Positions 20,058 through 28,775 of a DNA stretch of 63,386 bases are shown here, one piece after another (position 1 is the stretch's first letter; each line of letters begins with the position of its first letter). This stretch comes from Eubacteriales bacterium (GTDB lineage: Bacteria; Bacillota; Clostridia; Oscillospirales; CAG-272), in the NCBI GenBank assembly GCA_045594865.1, contig JAZNZI010000133.1, forward strand, positions 1 to 63,386. The letters are read 5' to 3'. A program made the position numbers and the translations under genes. The notes under the pieces were generated by a model. The model was not told the origin of the DNA. It saw only the letters and a program-made list of their open reading frames with translations, and did no database searches.

Positions 20058-20614
20058 TTCAATGCCTCATCAATAAGCTTTTTTGTAAGAGCGACCGAAA
20101 GACCGACAACGGTGTCGAAATCACCGTCGATTTTTTCGACGAATTTTCCACCGCCCGACTGAATTCCGTAGCTGCCCGCCTTATCCATCGGATCGCCGCT
20201 TGCAACGTATTCCTCGATCTCGTTTTCGGTCATTTTTCTGAAATAAACTGCTGTAGTAGCAACTCCGCTGTAGCATCTGCCACCGAATTGAACGGCAACA
20301 CCCGTGTGCACGTTGTGTGCCTTGCCCGACAGCATACGAAGCATAGCCTTTGCATCCTCTGTGTCCTTCGGCTTTCCGAGAGGCACGCCGCCAAGCTCTA
20401 CGAGGGTGTCGGAGGAAATAACGACGCTGTCGGTTCCAACTTCGCATACAACCGCAGATCCTTTTCGTACGGCAAGCATCTCTACTCCGTATCGAGGGTG
20501 AACATCTTTTGGCAGACTTTCATCCACCTCTTTTGTGATTATATCAAAGCTATCTATTATTTCACCGAGCAGTTCTCGCCTTCTTGGAGATTTTGATGCA
20601 AGTATGTATCTCAT
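20054..20614 (-). CDS. maf: Maf-like nucleoside triphosphate pyrophosphatase
   Basis: MRYILASKSPRRRELL. Start set at ATG 20614 (RBS GAAAGGA). The stop overlaps the nth start (ATGA). Confidence 0.88.
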   Translation of the reverse strand: MRYILASKSPRRRELLGEIIDSFDIITKEVDESLPKDVHPRYGVEMLAVRKGSAVVCEVGTDSVVISSDTLVELGGVPLGKPKDTEDAKAMLRMLSGKAHNVHTGVAVQFGGRCYSGVATTAVYFRKMTENEIEEYVASGDPMDKAGSYGIQSGGGKFVEKIDGDFDTVVGLSVALTKKLIDEALK

Positions 20615-20630
20615 TTTGTGTTTTCCTTTC

Positions 20631-20662
20631 AAAAAAGCGACTGTTAAAAACAATCGCTTTTT
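20631..20662 (-). terminator. Terminator-like hairpin between trpS and maf
   Basis: Minus strand AGCGAUUG-UUUUUAA-CAGUCGCU followed by UUUUUU (one mismatch in the stem). It ends only about 17 nt before the maf RBS. Confidence 0.55.
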
Positions 20663-20679
20663 GTTTTATTTTGTAATCT

Positions 20680-21675
20680 TTAGTTTACAAAACCTATCTT
20701 TCTGCGCACTTTAGACATGGTTTTACGAGCGTAATATGCTGCCTCGTCAGCACCAGCCTTCATAATCTCCTCAAGATGTGCCTTGTCTGCCATAAGGCGG
20801 GCAAATTCATCTCTTACTGGTGCGAGACCGTCGGCGCAAGCCTCGCCTACCGCAAGCTTGAAATCGCCGTAGCCGCGTCCGTCAAACTCTCGCTCGATCT
20901 CCTCAAAGGTTTTGCCTGTAAATGCACGGTAGATGGTCATAAGGTTGGAAACGCCCGGTTTATCCTCGGAGTATCTAACACAGGCATCAGAGTCTGTGAC
21001 AGCCTTCTTGAACTTACGCATTACGTCATCCTTGGAGTCAAGGATGTATACTACAGCATTCTGATTTGTGTCGGACTTTGACATCTTTGCGGTTGGCTCT
21101 GCCAGTGACATAATCTTCATCGTATCGGTGGACATATATCCCTCAGGAACGGTGAAGGTGGGGCCGTAGATCTGGTTGAATCTTTCCGCGACGTCGCGTG
21201 CAAGCTCAAGATGCTGCTTCTGGTCTACGCCAACGGGAACAACGTCGGTCTGATAAAGCAGAATATCAGCTGCCATAAGAGTCGGGTAGGTGAACAGACC
21301 TGCGTTTATATTCTGAGAGTGCTTTTGGCTCTTGTCCTTGAACTGTGTCATTCTTGAAAGCTCGCCGAACATAGTATAGCAGTCGAGCATCCAACCAAGC
21401 TCTGCGTGAGCAGACACGTGGGACTGTACAAAGAGGGTGTTCTGCTTGGGATCAAGGCCGCACGCCATATAAAGAGCAAGGGTTTCGTAGGTTCTCCTGC
21501 GAAGCTCTGCGGGCACCTGTCTTACTGTGATGGCATGGAGATCCACTACGCAGTAGAAGGTTTTATAGTCCTCGGAAAAGCGGGCAAAGTTTTTTATCGC
21601 TCCGAGATAATTTCCTATGGTAAGATTTCCCGAGGGCTGAACACCCGAGAAAACGATTTTGTTATCGCCAATCAT
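20680..21675 (-). CDS. trpS: Tryptophan--tRNA ligase
   Basis: 331 aa, class I aaRS with the GNLTIGNY (HIGH-like) and KMSKS motifs. Confidence 0.95.
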   Translation of the reverse strand: MIGDNKIVFSGVQPSGNLTIGNYLGAIKNFARFSEDYKTFYCVVDLHAITVRQVPAELRRRTYETLALYMACGLDPKQNTLFVQSHVSAHAELGWMLDCYTMFGELSRMTQFKDKSQKHSQNINAGLFTYPTLMAADILLYQTDVVPVGVDQKQHLELARDVAERFNQIYGPTFTVPEGYMSTDTMKIMSLAEPTAKMSKSDTNQNAVVYILDSKDDVMRKFKKAVTDSDACVRYSEDKPGVSNLMTIYRAFTGKTFEEIEREFDGRGYGDFKLAVGEACADGLAPVRDEFARLMADKAHLEEIMKAGADEAAYYARKTMSKVRRKIGFVN

Positions 21676-21723
21676 TTATTTATCCTCTCAAGATATTATA
21701 TCTTATCTTATTTTCTACAAAAA

Positions 21724-21752
21724 ATTATACATTGTAAAGGGGATTTTGTCAA
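21724..21752 (-). promoter_or_regulatory. Promoter of trpS
   Basis: Minus strand TTGACA - 17 nt - TATAAT. Only about 48 nt separate the -10 box from the trpS ATG. Confidence 0.8.
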
Positions 21753-21872
21753 GAACAAAATTGTTTTTTAGTGAAAGTTTGGAATTTAGGAGGTCAAAAG
21801 CGGCTTTTTATATACAAAAAAACTATTAATTATTAATAAAATTAAAAATTTTAAAAAAATTGCAAAAAACAT

Positions 21873-21901
21873 TTGCATTTTTCTATTTTGTATGCTATAA
21901 T
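21873..21901 (+). promoter_or_regulatory. Promoter of the acidic lipoprotein gene
   Basis: TTGCAT - 17 nt - TATAAT. Confidence 0.75.
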
Positions 21902-22006
21902 AGTTCAGCGGATTGTACGATAGAGTACTTTCCCGTTATTTTTTGATCAATTTAATCGCGCTTCGTGGCGCGGAATTTGAAATATATTTATACAAGGATG
22001 AAAGAC

Positions 22007-24289
22007 ATGAAAAAGAGAATTGTTGCATTAATTCTTACTGTTGTGATGTCTCTTCTTGCGCTTACAAGCTGTGGTGGCTTTGACTTTGCGGAAGAGGATC
22101 TCAGCGCATACGCCGAATTCAATTACGCAGATTTCAAGGCTGCTCTGCAGAAGCTTGAGATTGAGGACGGCGAATTCACTACCGATAGCAATGTAAGAGA
22201 ACAGATCATTGCATCGACTATTTATAACACAATCGCTGACAAGATCGTTGCTGACACCGACGAGGATGAGTGGCTTAAGGAAGGCACTCTCGGCGCAGGC
22301 GCCGTGCTTTACTTCGTATACTACGCAGTCGATGCAGACGGCAACAGATTCTTCGGTTCTGATATGAACGAGTCCTCTATCACCACCTCTTCTACCAAGG
22401 CTAATCACACTCTTAAGCTTGACGATTACCTTAGCGGTGATGCAGACGAGTTCCTTAAGCTCGTAAGAGACAATCTCAAAGAAAACGTTGATCTTAAGGA
22501 TTACGTTTACGATATGCTCACCTCTTCCGAGCTTCAGGCTGACGCTGAGGAGGCTCTTAAGGCTGAGAAGCCCGATGCTACCGAAGATGAGATCAAGGCA
22601 GCAAAGGAAGCAGCTATTATGGTTAAGCCCGGCGACAAGATCTTCATCGAGTACACCCGTACCCACAAGGAAGTAAATGCTGAGGGCGTTGAGACCATCG
22701 TTACCGAGAAGGCTTCTTACGAGCTTATCACCGTTGAGGAGACCAACTTCCTTTATCCTCACCTTACCGACAAGCACTCTGTAGCTAACGTTGGCAGCAC
22801 CCTTGAGGTTCTTGATAAGACCGAGGGCGACAATGTTATAACCAAGAAGTCCTTTGATGTTGAGATCAACGGCCAGACCTACACCTACTCCAACCTTAAG
22901 ATTCTCTGGAAGGTTGAGAACGAGGGTCAGGCTATCTCTGAGTTCAAGTACACTCCTTACGTTGACGAGGCTGAAACCCCCGCAAAGAAGGAGACCGCTC
23001 CCTCTTCTCTTTACAACTCCGCATCCAAGGTAGACCTTATGAACAAGGAGCTTACCTACTACGTATTCCCTGTATATGCTATCGATACTCCCGCATACGA
23101 GGAGATCACCGCTGACCAGCTTCTTTACTACGTATACGGCTCTAAGCTTACCGCTGATTCCTTCGAGATCCTTGGTGATGAGACCTTCAAGAATGGCGCA
23201 GACACCGTAGCTGATCTTCTTGAGGATATCAAGAATCTCTTCGACACTAAGTCCGAGAACAACGAGTACTACAAGGAAGGCACCGACCTCAAGAAACTTC
23301 TTGACGCATACAACAAGGCAGTTGAGGATGGCGGCAGCTCTCCCACAACTGCTCAGAAGGAAGTTATCACCGAGGCACAGGACGCTCTTACCGACGCGCA
23401 GAACGAGCTTCTTAAGACCGTTATTGCAAAGCTTGTAGCTGCAACCAGCGGCGAGAAGAATCTTGGCAAGGAGATCTTCGACGAGTACATTCACAACACC
23501 GAGCATTCTCTTAAGGAGAGCTACGACTCCGACATCGTTAAGAAGGTTCAGGCTGCTGTCTGGGAGCTTATCGAGGAGTCCGTAAAGATTAAGGACTATC
23601 CCGAGGATCTTCTTAAGGAGTACTGTGACCACCTCTACGAGTCTTACGAGTATGAGTTCTATAAGGGTGACTTTGATAAGGATACCAGCAATCACGATAA
23701 GTATAAGACCCTTGACGCTTACCTCGAGGCAACTCTCAAGGTGTCCGGCAAGGACAAGGTAAATGAGGCTATCGAGAAGGAAGCTAAGTCTTACCTTGAT
23801 TCCATCATCAAGGTATTCGTTGTTGCAAAGGCTTGCGAGGCTGATGCTGTGACCGCTATGAGCGGTGCAAATGGCTACATTGAGCTTGACATTGCAGGCG
23901 GCGCATACAATATCGACGAGGAAGCATACAAGGACACTTACGGTGACAAGGCTGACGAGAAGATCGCTGAGGCTAAGAAGAATGCCGACGAGAGCATCAA
24001 GTCTGCTCGCGAGGAGTCGGGTATGTTCGTAGTTAACGATGCATATATGGATCGTTATAAGAAGGAAATCGGTAAGGCTTACTACAATCAGCTTATCGAG
24101 GAGAACGGCGATATTAACCTTCGTACTGCATTCCAGTTCAACAGACTCTTCTACTATCTCACCTGCACCGATATCGAGTTCAACGAGCACGAGGGACACA
24201 GCGAGATCAAGTACACCGATGATGGCAATTTCATTTCCTTCAGAACTGTTAAGTACACTATCGCTGCAGAGGATTCCGACGCAGAATAA
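22007..24289 (+). CDS. Large acidic lipoprotein with a trigger-factor-like C-terminal chaperone region
   Basis: Signal peptide plus lipobox MKKRIVALILTVVMSLLALTS|CGG. 760 aa, D/E/K-rich. The segment VQAAVWELIEESVKIKDYPEDLLKEY parallels LVETAIWNHFSAAVKVKKYPASKVEEIY in the 24864 gene. RBS AAGGA lies 8 nt upstream. Confidence 0.7.
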   Translation: MKKRIVALILTVVMSLLALTSCGGFDFAEEDLSAYAEFNYADFKAALQKLEIEDGEFTTDSNVREQIIASTIYNTIADKIVADTDEDEWLKEGTLGAGAVLYFVYYAVDADGNRFFGSDMNESSITTSSTKANHTLKLDDYLSGDADEFLKLVRDNLKENVDLKDYVYDMLTSSELQADAEEALKAEKPDATEDEIKAAKEAAIMVKPGDKIFIEYTRTHKEVNAEGVETIVTEKASYELITVEETNFLYPHLTDKHSVANVGSTLEVLDKTEGDNVITKKSFDVEINGQTYTYSNLKILWKVENEGQAISEFKYTPYVDEAETPAKKETAPSSLYNSASKVDLMNKELTYYVFPVYAIDTPAYEEITADQLLYYVYGSKLTADSFEILGDETFKNGADTVADLLEDIKNLFDTKSENNEYYKEGTDLKKLLDAYNKAVEDGGSSPTTAQKEVITEAQDALTDAQNELLKTVIAKLVAATSGEKNLGKEIFDEYIHNTEHSLKESYDSDIVKKVQAAVWELIEESVKIKDYPEDLLKEYCDHLYESYEYEFYKGDFDKDTSNHDKYKTLDAYLEATLKVSGKDKVNEAIEKEAKSYLDSIIKVFVVAKACEADAVTAMSGANGYIELDIAGGAYNIDEEAYKDTYGDKADEKIAEAKKNADESIKSAREESGMFVVNDAYMDRYKKEIGKAYYNQLIEENGDINLRTAFQFNRLFYYLTCTDIEFNEHEGHSEIKYTDDGNFISFRTVKYTIAAEDSDAE

Positions 24290-24322
24290 TAGACATTTCC
24301 CGTCCAGAGTGGACTAAATGAG

Positions 24323-24352
24323 AACGGACGAATATACTTCGTCCGTTTTCTT
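24323..24352 (+). terminator. Rho-independent terminator after the lipoprotein gene
   Basis: aacggacgaa-tatac-ttcgtccgtt followed by a T-run. Confidence 0.75.
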
Positions 24353-24391
24353 ATAAATTGATTTATTAGTAAATGAAAGGACACCGATCTT

Positions 24392-24826
24392 ATGAAAAAG
24401 GTTCAGCTATACACCGACGGCGCCTGCCGAGGCAATCCCGGTAGGGGCGGCTGGGGCGCGATACTCGTATACGGTGTCTATGAAAAGGAGCTTTCGGGCG
24501 GTGAGAGGGAGACCACCAACAACCGCATGGAGCTTACCGCCGCTATCGAGGGCCTTTCTGCACTTAAAGAGCCTTGCGAGGTGACCCTTTACTCCGATTC
24601 AAAATATCTCGTGGACGCCTACCTTAACGGCTGGGTTGAGTCCTGGCGCGCTGCAGGCTGGCGGCGCGGACGTGACAAGCTTAAAAATCCCGACCTCTGG
24701 GAGCGACTTTATACTCTCACCGAGATACATAAGGTGGACTTCGTATGGGTGAAGGGACACAACGGTCACGATTACAATGAGAGATGCGACAGGCTTGCTA
24801 CAGCCTACGCCGACTCCTTCGATTAA
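24392..24826 (+). CDS. rnhA: Ribonuclease HI
   Basis: 144 aa with [11 protein letters not shown]...TNNRMEL...SDSKY...[14 protein letters not shown], which carries the DEDD catalytic residues. Confidence 0.93.
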   Translation: MKKVQLYTDGACRGNPGRGGWGAILVYGVYEKELSGGERETTNNRMELTAAIEGLSALKEPCEVTLYSDSKYLVDAYLNGWVESWRAAGWRRGRDKLKNPDLWERLYTLTEIHKVDFVWVKGHNGHDYNERCDRLATAYADSFD

Positions 24827-24863
24827 TTATATTATATTAATTAAATGAAAGGTTTTTACTACG

Positions 24864-26549
24864 ATGAGTGAAAACGTAAAGAAGAAAACTACAGGAAACG
24901 AAGAGGGCAAGAAGAAAATTTCCGAGAAAAACCTTGCCGTTATCATCACCGCAGGTATCCTTGCGATACTCCTTATTGTCACCGCGGTTATCAGCTTGGT
25001 TAATGCTATTGCGCAGGATGTCTGGTTTGATTACCTCACCTCCGACCTTGACGATTATATTGAGATGCCCGATGACTATAAGAATTTCAAGGTTAATATT
25101 GATCTTGCAAAGGCGCACGATATTGATATTGACGTAACGATACTTAATATGCTCTATGAGGATAAGAGCGAGACTCCCCTCTACGGCGGATCTCCCGTCA
25201 CCTCTCCTATCACCATTACCGCAGGCGATACCGTAAACATCTGGTATCGCGGATATATTCTTGACGAGGACGGCGAGAAGCTTTATCTTGACGGAATGTG
25301 CAACTTTACAGGAACTGCTCCTTATGCGCTCGGTATCGGCTCTAACGGCTTTGTTCCCGGCTTTGAGCTTAATCTGATCGGTAAGAATACCGGCGATTCT
25401 CCCAAGTTTGAGAAGATCACCGAGGGTGAGATCAACGATGGTATGGTTCTCTACGTAAGCTATTCCGTTCCTTCCGCTACCGACGCCTCCAAGAACGAGA
25501 AAAAGAGCGGCGTAAGGCTTGATCTCTCCGAGGACCTTGATGCTATCTACGGCGCAGGCTTCGAGGAGAATCTTATGAAGCTGAAGATCGGTGCCAAGGC
25601 CGATATCACCTCTACCCTTAACGATAAGAGCATCACCTACAAGGATCTTACAGTTTCCTTTGCAACCGAGTGCGAGAAGAATCCCATCGTTATTGAGTGC
25701 TACTTCCCCTATGATTATTCTAATAATAAGGATCTTCGTAACGAGACCGCATACTTTGAGATCTATACTGATGGCGTTATCGTTTACGATTGCCCTGAGT
25801 TCACCGATGAATATCTCAAGAAGAAGATTGAGGATAAGGAGATCAATCTTACCCTTGAGGAGCTTAATGAGTACGAGGGCGCAACCCTTGTTGAAAAGTA
25901 TTATGCATTCGCCAAGAAGACTATGGATGATATCTATGAAACCAGCTACGATTCTCTTGTAGAGACTGCCATATGGAATCACTTCTCCGCCGCCGTTAAG
26001 GTAAAGAAGTATCCCGCGTCTAAGGTTGAAGAGATATATAACACCTACCTTGACGATCTTAGTGACCAGTATCTCGCATACGGCGGACAGGCATACGACA
26101 GCACTACGGGTCAGTATAAGACCTATGATACGCTTGAGGCATTCATTCCCGCTTTCATTGGTCTTTCCTCTACTACTAATTGGAAGACCTATCTCACCGA
26201 GATGGCACAGAACGCCATCAAGGAAAGAATGATTATGTACTATCTTCTCAGAGAAGAGAACCTTATTCCCTCTGAGGATAAGTACAAGGAGCTTCTTGAC
26301 GAGATCCACCAGGAGTACCTTGACGAGTATATTGCTCAGTACTTAAGCTACGAGGGCAAGACGAAGGAGGACTACACCGAGGAGGAGTATGCCGAGCTTG
26401 TTGAGGATTGCCGCGAGGACATTCTCACCTACTACACCGAGGAGTTCTATAAGACGAGGGTTTACTACGGAATAGTTGCCGATGAATTTATTGATTGGCC
26501 TGAGGTAAGCACTCTGGACGATCGCAGAGCTTATCCCTTTGAAAAGTAA
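24864..26549 (+). CDS. Membrane-anchored trigger-factor-like protein (FKBP-type PPIase-like domain plus TF C-terminal-like domain)
   Basis: N-terminal basic tail plus one TM helix (LAVIITAGILAILLIVTAVISLV). GDTVNIWYRGYILDEDGEKL...LGIGSNGFVPGFELNLIGK resembles the trigger-factor PPIase core (FIPGFE). The C-terminal part is similar to the 22007 gene. Confidence 0.65.
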   Translation: MSENVKKKTTGNEEGKKKISEKNLAVIITAGILAILLIVTAVISLVNAIAQDVWFDYLTSDLDDYIEMPDDYKNFKVNIDLAKAHDIDIDVTILNMLYEDKSETPLYGGSPVTSPITITAGDTVNIWYRGYILDEDGEKLYLDGMCNFTGTAPYALGIGSNGFVPGFELNLIGKNTGDSPKFEKITEGEINDGMVLYVSYSVPSATDASKNEKKSGVRLDLSEDLDAIYGAGFEENLMKLKIGAKADITSTLNDKSITYKDLTVSFATECEKNPIVIECYFPYDYSNNKDLRNETAYFEIYTDGVIVYDCPEFTDEYLKKKIEDKEINLTLEELNEYEGATLVEKYYAFAKKTMDDIYETSYDSLVETAIWNHFSAAVKVKKYPASKVEEIYNTYLDDLSDQYLAYGGQAYDSTTGQYKTYDTLEAFIPAFIGLSSTTNWKTYLTEMAQNAIKERMIMYYLLREENLIPSEDKYKELLDEIHQEYLDEYIAQYLSYEGKTKEDYTEEEYAELVEDCREDILTYYTEEFYKTRVYYGIVADEFIDWPEVSTLDDRRAYPFEK

Positions 26550-26551
26550 AC

Positions 26552-26583
26552 AAAAAAGCAGGTAGAGATACCTGCTTTTTTTA
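26552..26583. terminator. Bidirectional terminator between convergent genes
   Basis: aaaaaagcaggta-gaga-tacctgcttttttt. Confidence 0.85.
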
Positions 26584-26602
26584 TTCGAAATTCGGAATTT
26601 AT

Positions 26603-28357
26603 TTAATTTTGCTTCCAGATCCTCAGCATACTTTGCTTGTGATACTGTCTTGGATCGGTGTAGCCCTGTTCGGCAGCCTTTTTGTAGTAGGATACCGCCT
26701 TCTTGCGATCGGGATCGGTGGTTATGCCAAATTCATGCAGGCAACCGATAGAGTAGGTTGCTTCGCCAAGACCGAGCTGCATACACACCTCAAGCATACT
26801 GCGCGAGACGTCGTATTTTTTCTGATAATAAAGCTCCATAGCGTTTGAATACAGCGAGCGGATCATATGTCTTTTCTTGTTTTCGTAGATGCGATAAAGC
26901 TCCTTGTCTGCCGAGTGGGAGCCCATCTCTCTTGCAACCGAGAGCAGCTCTGACGCGCGCTCGAAGTTAAATGCAACGCCTATTCCTCTCGCATAGCATC
27001 TGCCGAGACTTTCGACGGCGCGCTTGTCGCCCGCTTCATAGGCTGTTTTATAGTGGTTGAAGGCGGCTTTTCTGTCTACCTTCGTTCCGATTCCTCTTTC
27101 GTAGTACCAGCCGATTCTTGCGTGGGCGGGCAGATAACCCGACTCTACCGATTTTTTGAACAGCTTAAATGCCTCATCGGGCCGGGATCGCTCAAGGCGA
27201 GTCGCCTCTATGTAATATCTCTCGCGTTCCTCCTGCATAAGGGCAAGCTTTCTCTTACAGCCAAAGCTGCCACTCTGCGCGCCCTTTTCAAAGAGAGAGA
27301 GGGCAAGCGCGTAATCAGGCTCGCAGACCTTACCCTGCAGGAATACGTCGCCAAGGTTCTCGTATTCTCCCTCGCCGCCAAGCTCGGCAGCCTGTCTGTA
27401 ATATTTTTCTGCAAGAGCGATATTCCTATCCACTTGTTCGCCTTCGTAGTAGAGGTCGCCGAGCAGCTTTGCGCCGATAACCGAGCGATTATGCACAGCC
27501 TCCTCAAGTATGGATATACCCATCTCTACGTTTTGTTTGAATTCTATACCCTCTATGTGAAGCATAGCGAGGAAAACTCTCGCATCCTTGGTTCCGTTTT
27601 CTGCGTATAGCTGGCAGAGGGTGAGAAGAATTTTAGTAAATCCAAACTTCTTCGCCGCAGAGATAAGCCTTTCGATAATTCGATTTCTGTCGGTAAAGCG
27701 GGGAAGCTCGGGACGGATGGATCTGCCCTCAACTGCCTGAATTCTTCTGTACAGCTTCAGCGCGTGAATGGGCGCCCGCTCGATGCGCTCGATATACCAT
27801 TTCGCCATTTTCTCATTCTGCTCAACACCGTCGCCGTACAGATGGCGTCTTGCCATTTCAATAAGTGCATCGGTGTCGTTTTCCTCTGCAATAAGAGAGC
27901 AATAGTATGCCGCAGTGCCTCTCTCTTTGTAGCGGCTATAAAGGGCAAAAGCATCGGGATATGCCTCTTTGCAGCCCATCAGCGCGGCATAGGCAAGCCA
28001 GAAGTCGCTTTTTGCATCGTTGCCCACCAGCATATGTGAGTGCTTGTATGCAGAAAAAGCGTCGCCCTTTACCGCCGCGGATGCATAATACTGCACTGCC
28101 GCCTCATAGTCGCGGGGGACGAGGATTCCCTTTTCAAGAATCAGGGCAAGCTCGCGCTCACCGTCCCTGTTTCCGAGGGCGGCGAGAAGCTTATATATAT
28201 TAACGGCGCGGATAAAATCGTTTCTGCTATACAGCATCTTTGCCTCGCTGACAAGCTCCTCGCATTCACTCTCGGTAAGCTCGTAGGGGGCTTTACATTC
28301 GGGGCACTCCCTTTCGTAGCGGGGGCTTTGATATCCGCAATTCTTGCATCTGATCAT
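26603..28357 (-). CDS. Sel1-like repeat (SLR/TPR) protein with N-terminal zinc ribbon
   Basis: Start at ATG 28357 (MIRCKNCGYQSPRYERECPECKAPY, RBS AGGAAAGGA). Multiple Sel1 repeats, e.g. GWYYERGIGTKVDRKAAFNHYKTAYEAGD and GCLHEFGITTDPDRKKAVSYYKKAAEQGY. Confidence 0.8.
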   Translation of the reverse strand: MIRCKNCGYQSPRYERECPECKAPYELTESECEELVSEAKMLYSRNDFIRAVNIYKLLAALGNRDGERELALILEKGILVPRDYEAAVQYYASAAVKGDAFSAYKHSHMLVGNDAKSDFWLAYAALMGCKEAYPDAFALYSRYKERGTAAYYCSLIAEENDTDALIEMARRHLYGDGVEQNEKMAKWYIERIERAPIHALKLYRRIQAVEGRSIRPELPRFTDRNRIIERLISAAKKFGFTKILLTLCQLYAENGTKDARVFLAMLHIEGIEFKQNVEMGISILEEAVHNRSVIGAKLLGDLYYEGEQVDRNIALAEKYYRQAAELGGEGEYENLGDVFLQGKVCEPDYALALSLFEKGAQSGSFGCKRKLALMQEERERYYIEATRLERSRPDEAFKLFKKSVESGYLPAHARIGWYYERGIGTKVDRKAAFNHYKTAYEAGDKRAVESLGRCYARGIGVAFNFERASELLSVAREMGSHSADKELYRIYENKKRHMIRSLYSNAMELYYQKKYDVSRSMLEVCMQLGLGEATYSIGCLHEFGITTDPDRKKAVSYYKKAAEQGYTDPRQYHKQSMLRIWKQN

Positions 28358-28431
28358 TGATCGGTCCTTTCCTTGACGCCGTAAGGCTTCAATACTCGTC
28401 TGCGATAAACGCACGCATATTTTACGTATTT

Positions 28432-28460
28432 ATTTTACAACAATATTAAAGTTTTGTCAA
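28432..28460 (-). promoter_or_regulatory. Promoter of the Sel1-repeat gene
   Basis: Minus strand TTGACA - 17 nt - TAAAAT. Confidence 0.7.
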
Positions 28461-28523
28461 TGATATAAATAATTTTCTCCCGCGCGGTTAAACTAAAATT
28501 AACTCAAAAAAAGGAGAAAAAAG

Positions 28524-28697
28524 ATGTTTAATAACAAAAAGGTGAGTTTTATGCGACATCCTTACGCTATGCTGACAGTTATCGGACTTGCAACGGCGGG
28601 TGTTCTCGCAGTTAGCGGCAAAATGAAAGGTTTTATCACCGACAAAACAAAGCAGATGAGCCATATGATGCACAATATGAAAAATGAGCTTATGTAA
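28524..28697 (+). CDS. Small (57 aa) single-pass membrane protein, absent from the ORF track
   Basis: AAGGAGA RBS 7 nt before ATG 28524. Sequence MFNNKKVSFMRHPYAMLTVIGLATAGVLAVSGKMKGFITDKTKQMSHMMHNMKNELM with a hydrophobic core. Possible extended -10 TGATATAAA at 28461-28469. A terminator follows 26 nt downstream. Confidence 0.5.
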   Translation: MFNNKKVSFMRHPYAMLTVIGLATAGVLAVSGKMKGFITDKTKQMSHMMHNMKNELM

Positions 28698-28722
28698 TAA
28701 AAAATAACCTACGTTTAAAATC

Positions 28723-28750
28723 AAAAAAGCTCCCGAAAGGGAGCTTTTTG
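28723..28750. terminator. Bidirectional terminator (small ORF / nrdD)
   Basis: aaaaaagctccc-gaaa-gggagcttttt. Confidence 0.85.
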
Positions 28751-28775
28751 TTAATAAAACTTTGCAAAATAAGCA

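Noticed and set aside
21676-21964. T-box leader for trpS (and 57522-57603 for alaS)
   Set aside because: There is no T-box sequence (AAUUAGGGUGGUACCGCG-like) and no specifier or terminator structure. The promoters lie less than 50 nt from the start codons.
22028-24199. 723-aa minus-strand ORF antisense to the lipoprotein gene, and similarly 24837-26309 (490 aa) antisense to the TF-like gene
   Set aside because: These are shadow frames created by the extreme GAN/AAG/CTT codon bias of the sense genes. Their products are low-complexity Leu/Val/Lys strings with no RBS or promoter. The sense frames have a lipobox or TM anchor, an RBS, a promoter and a terminator.
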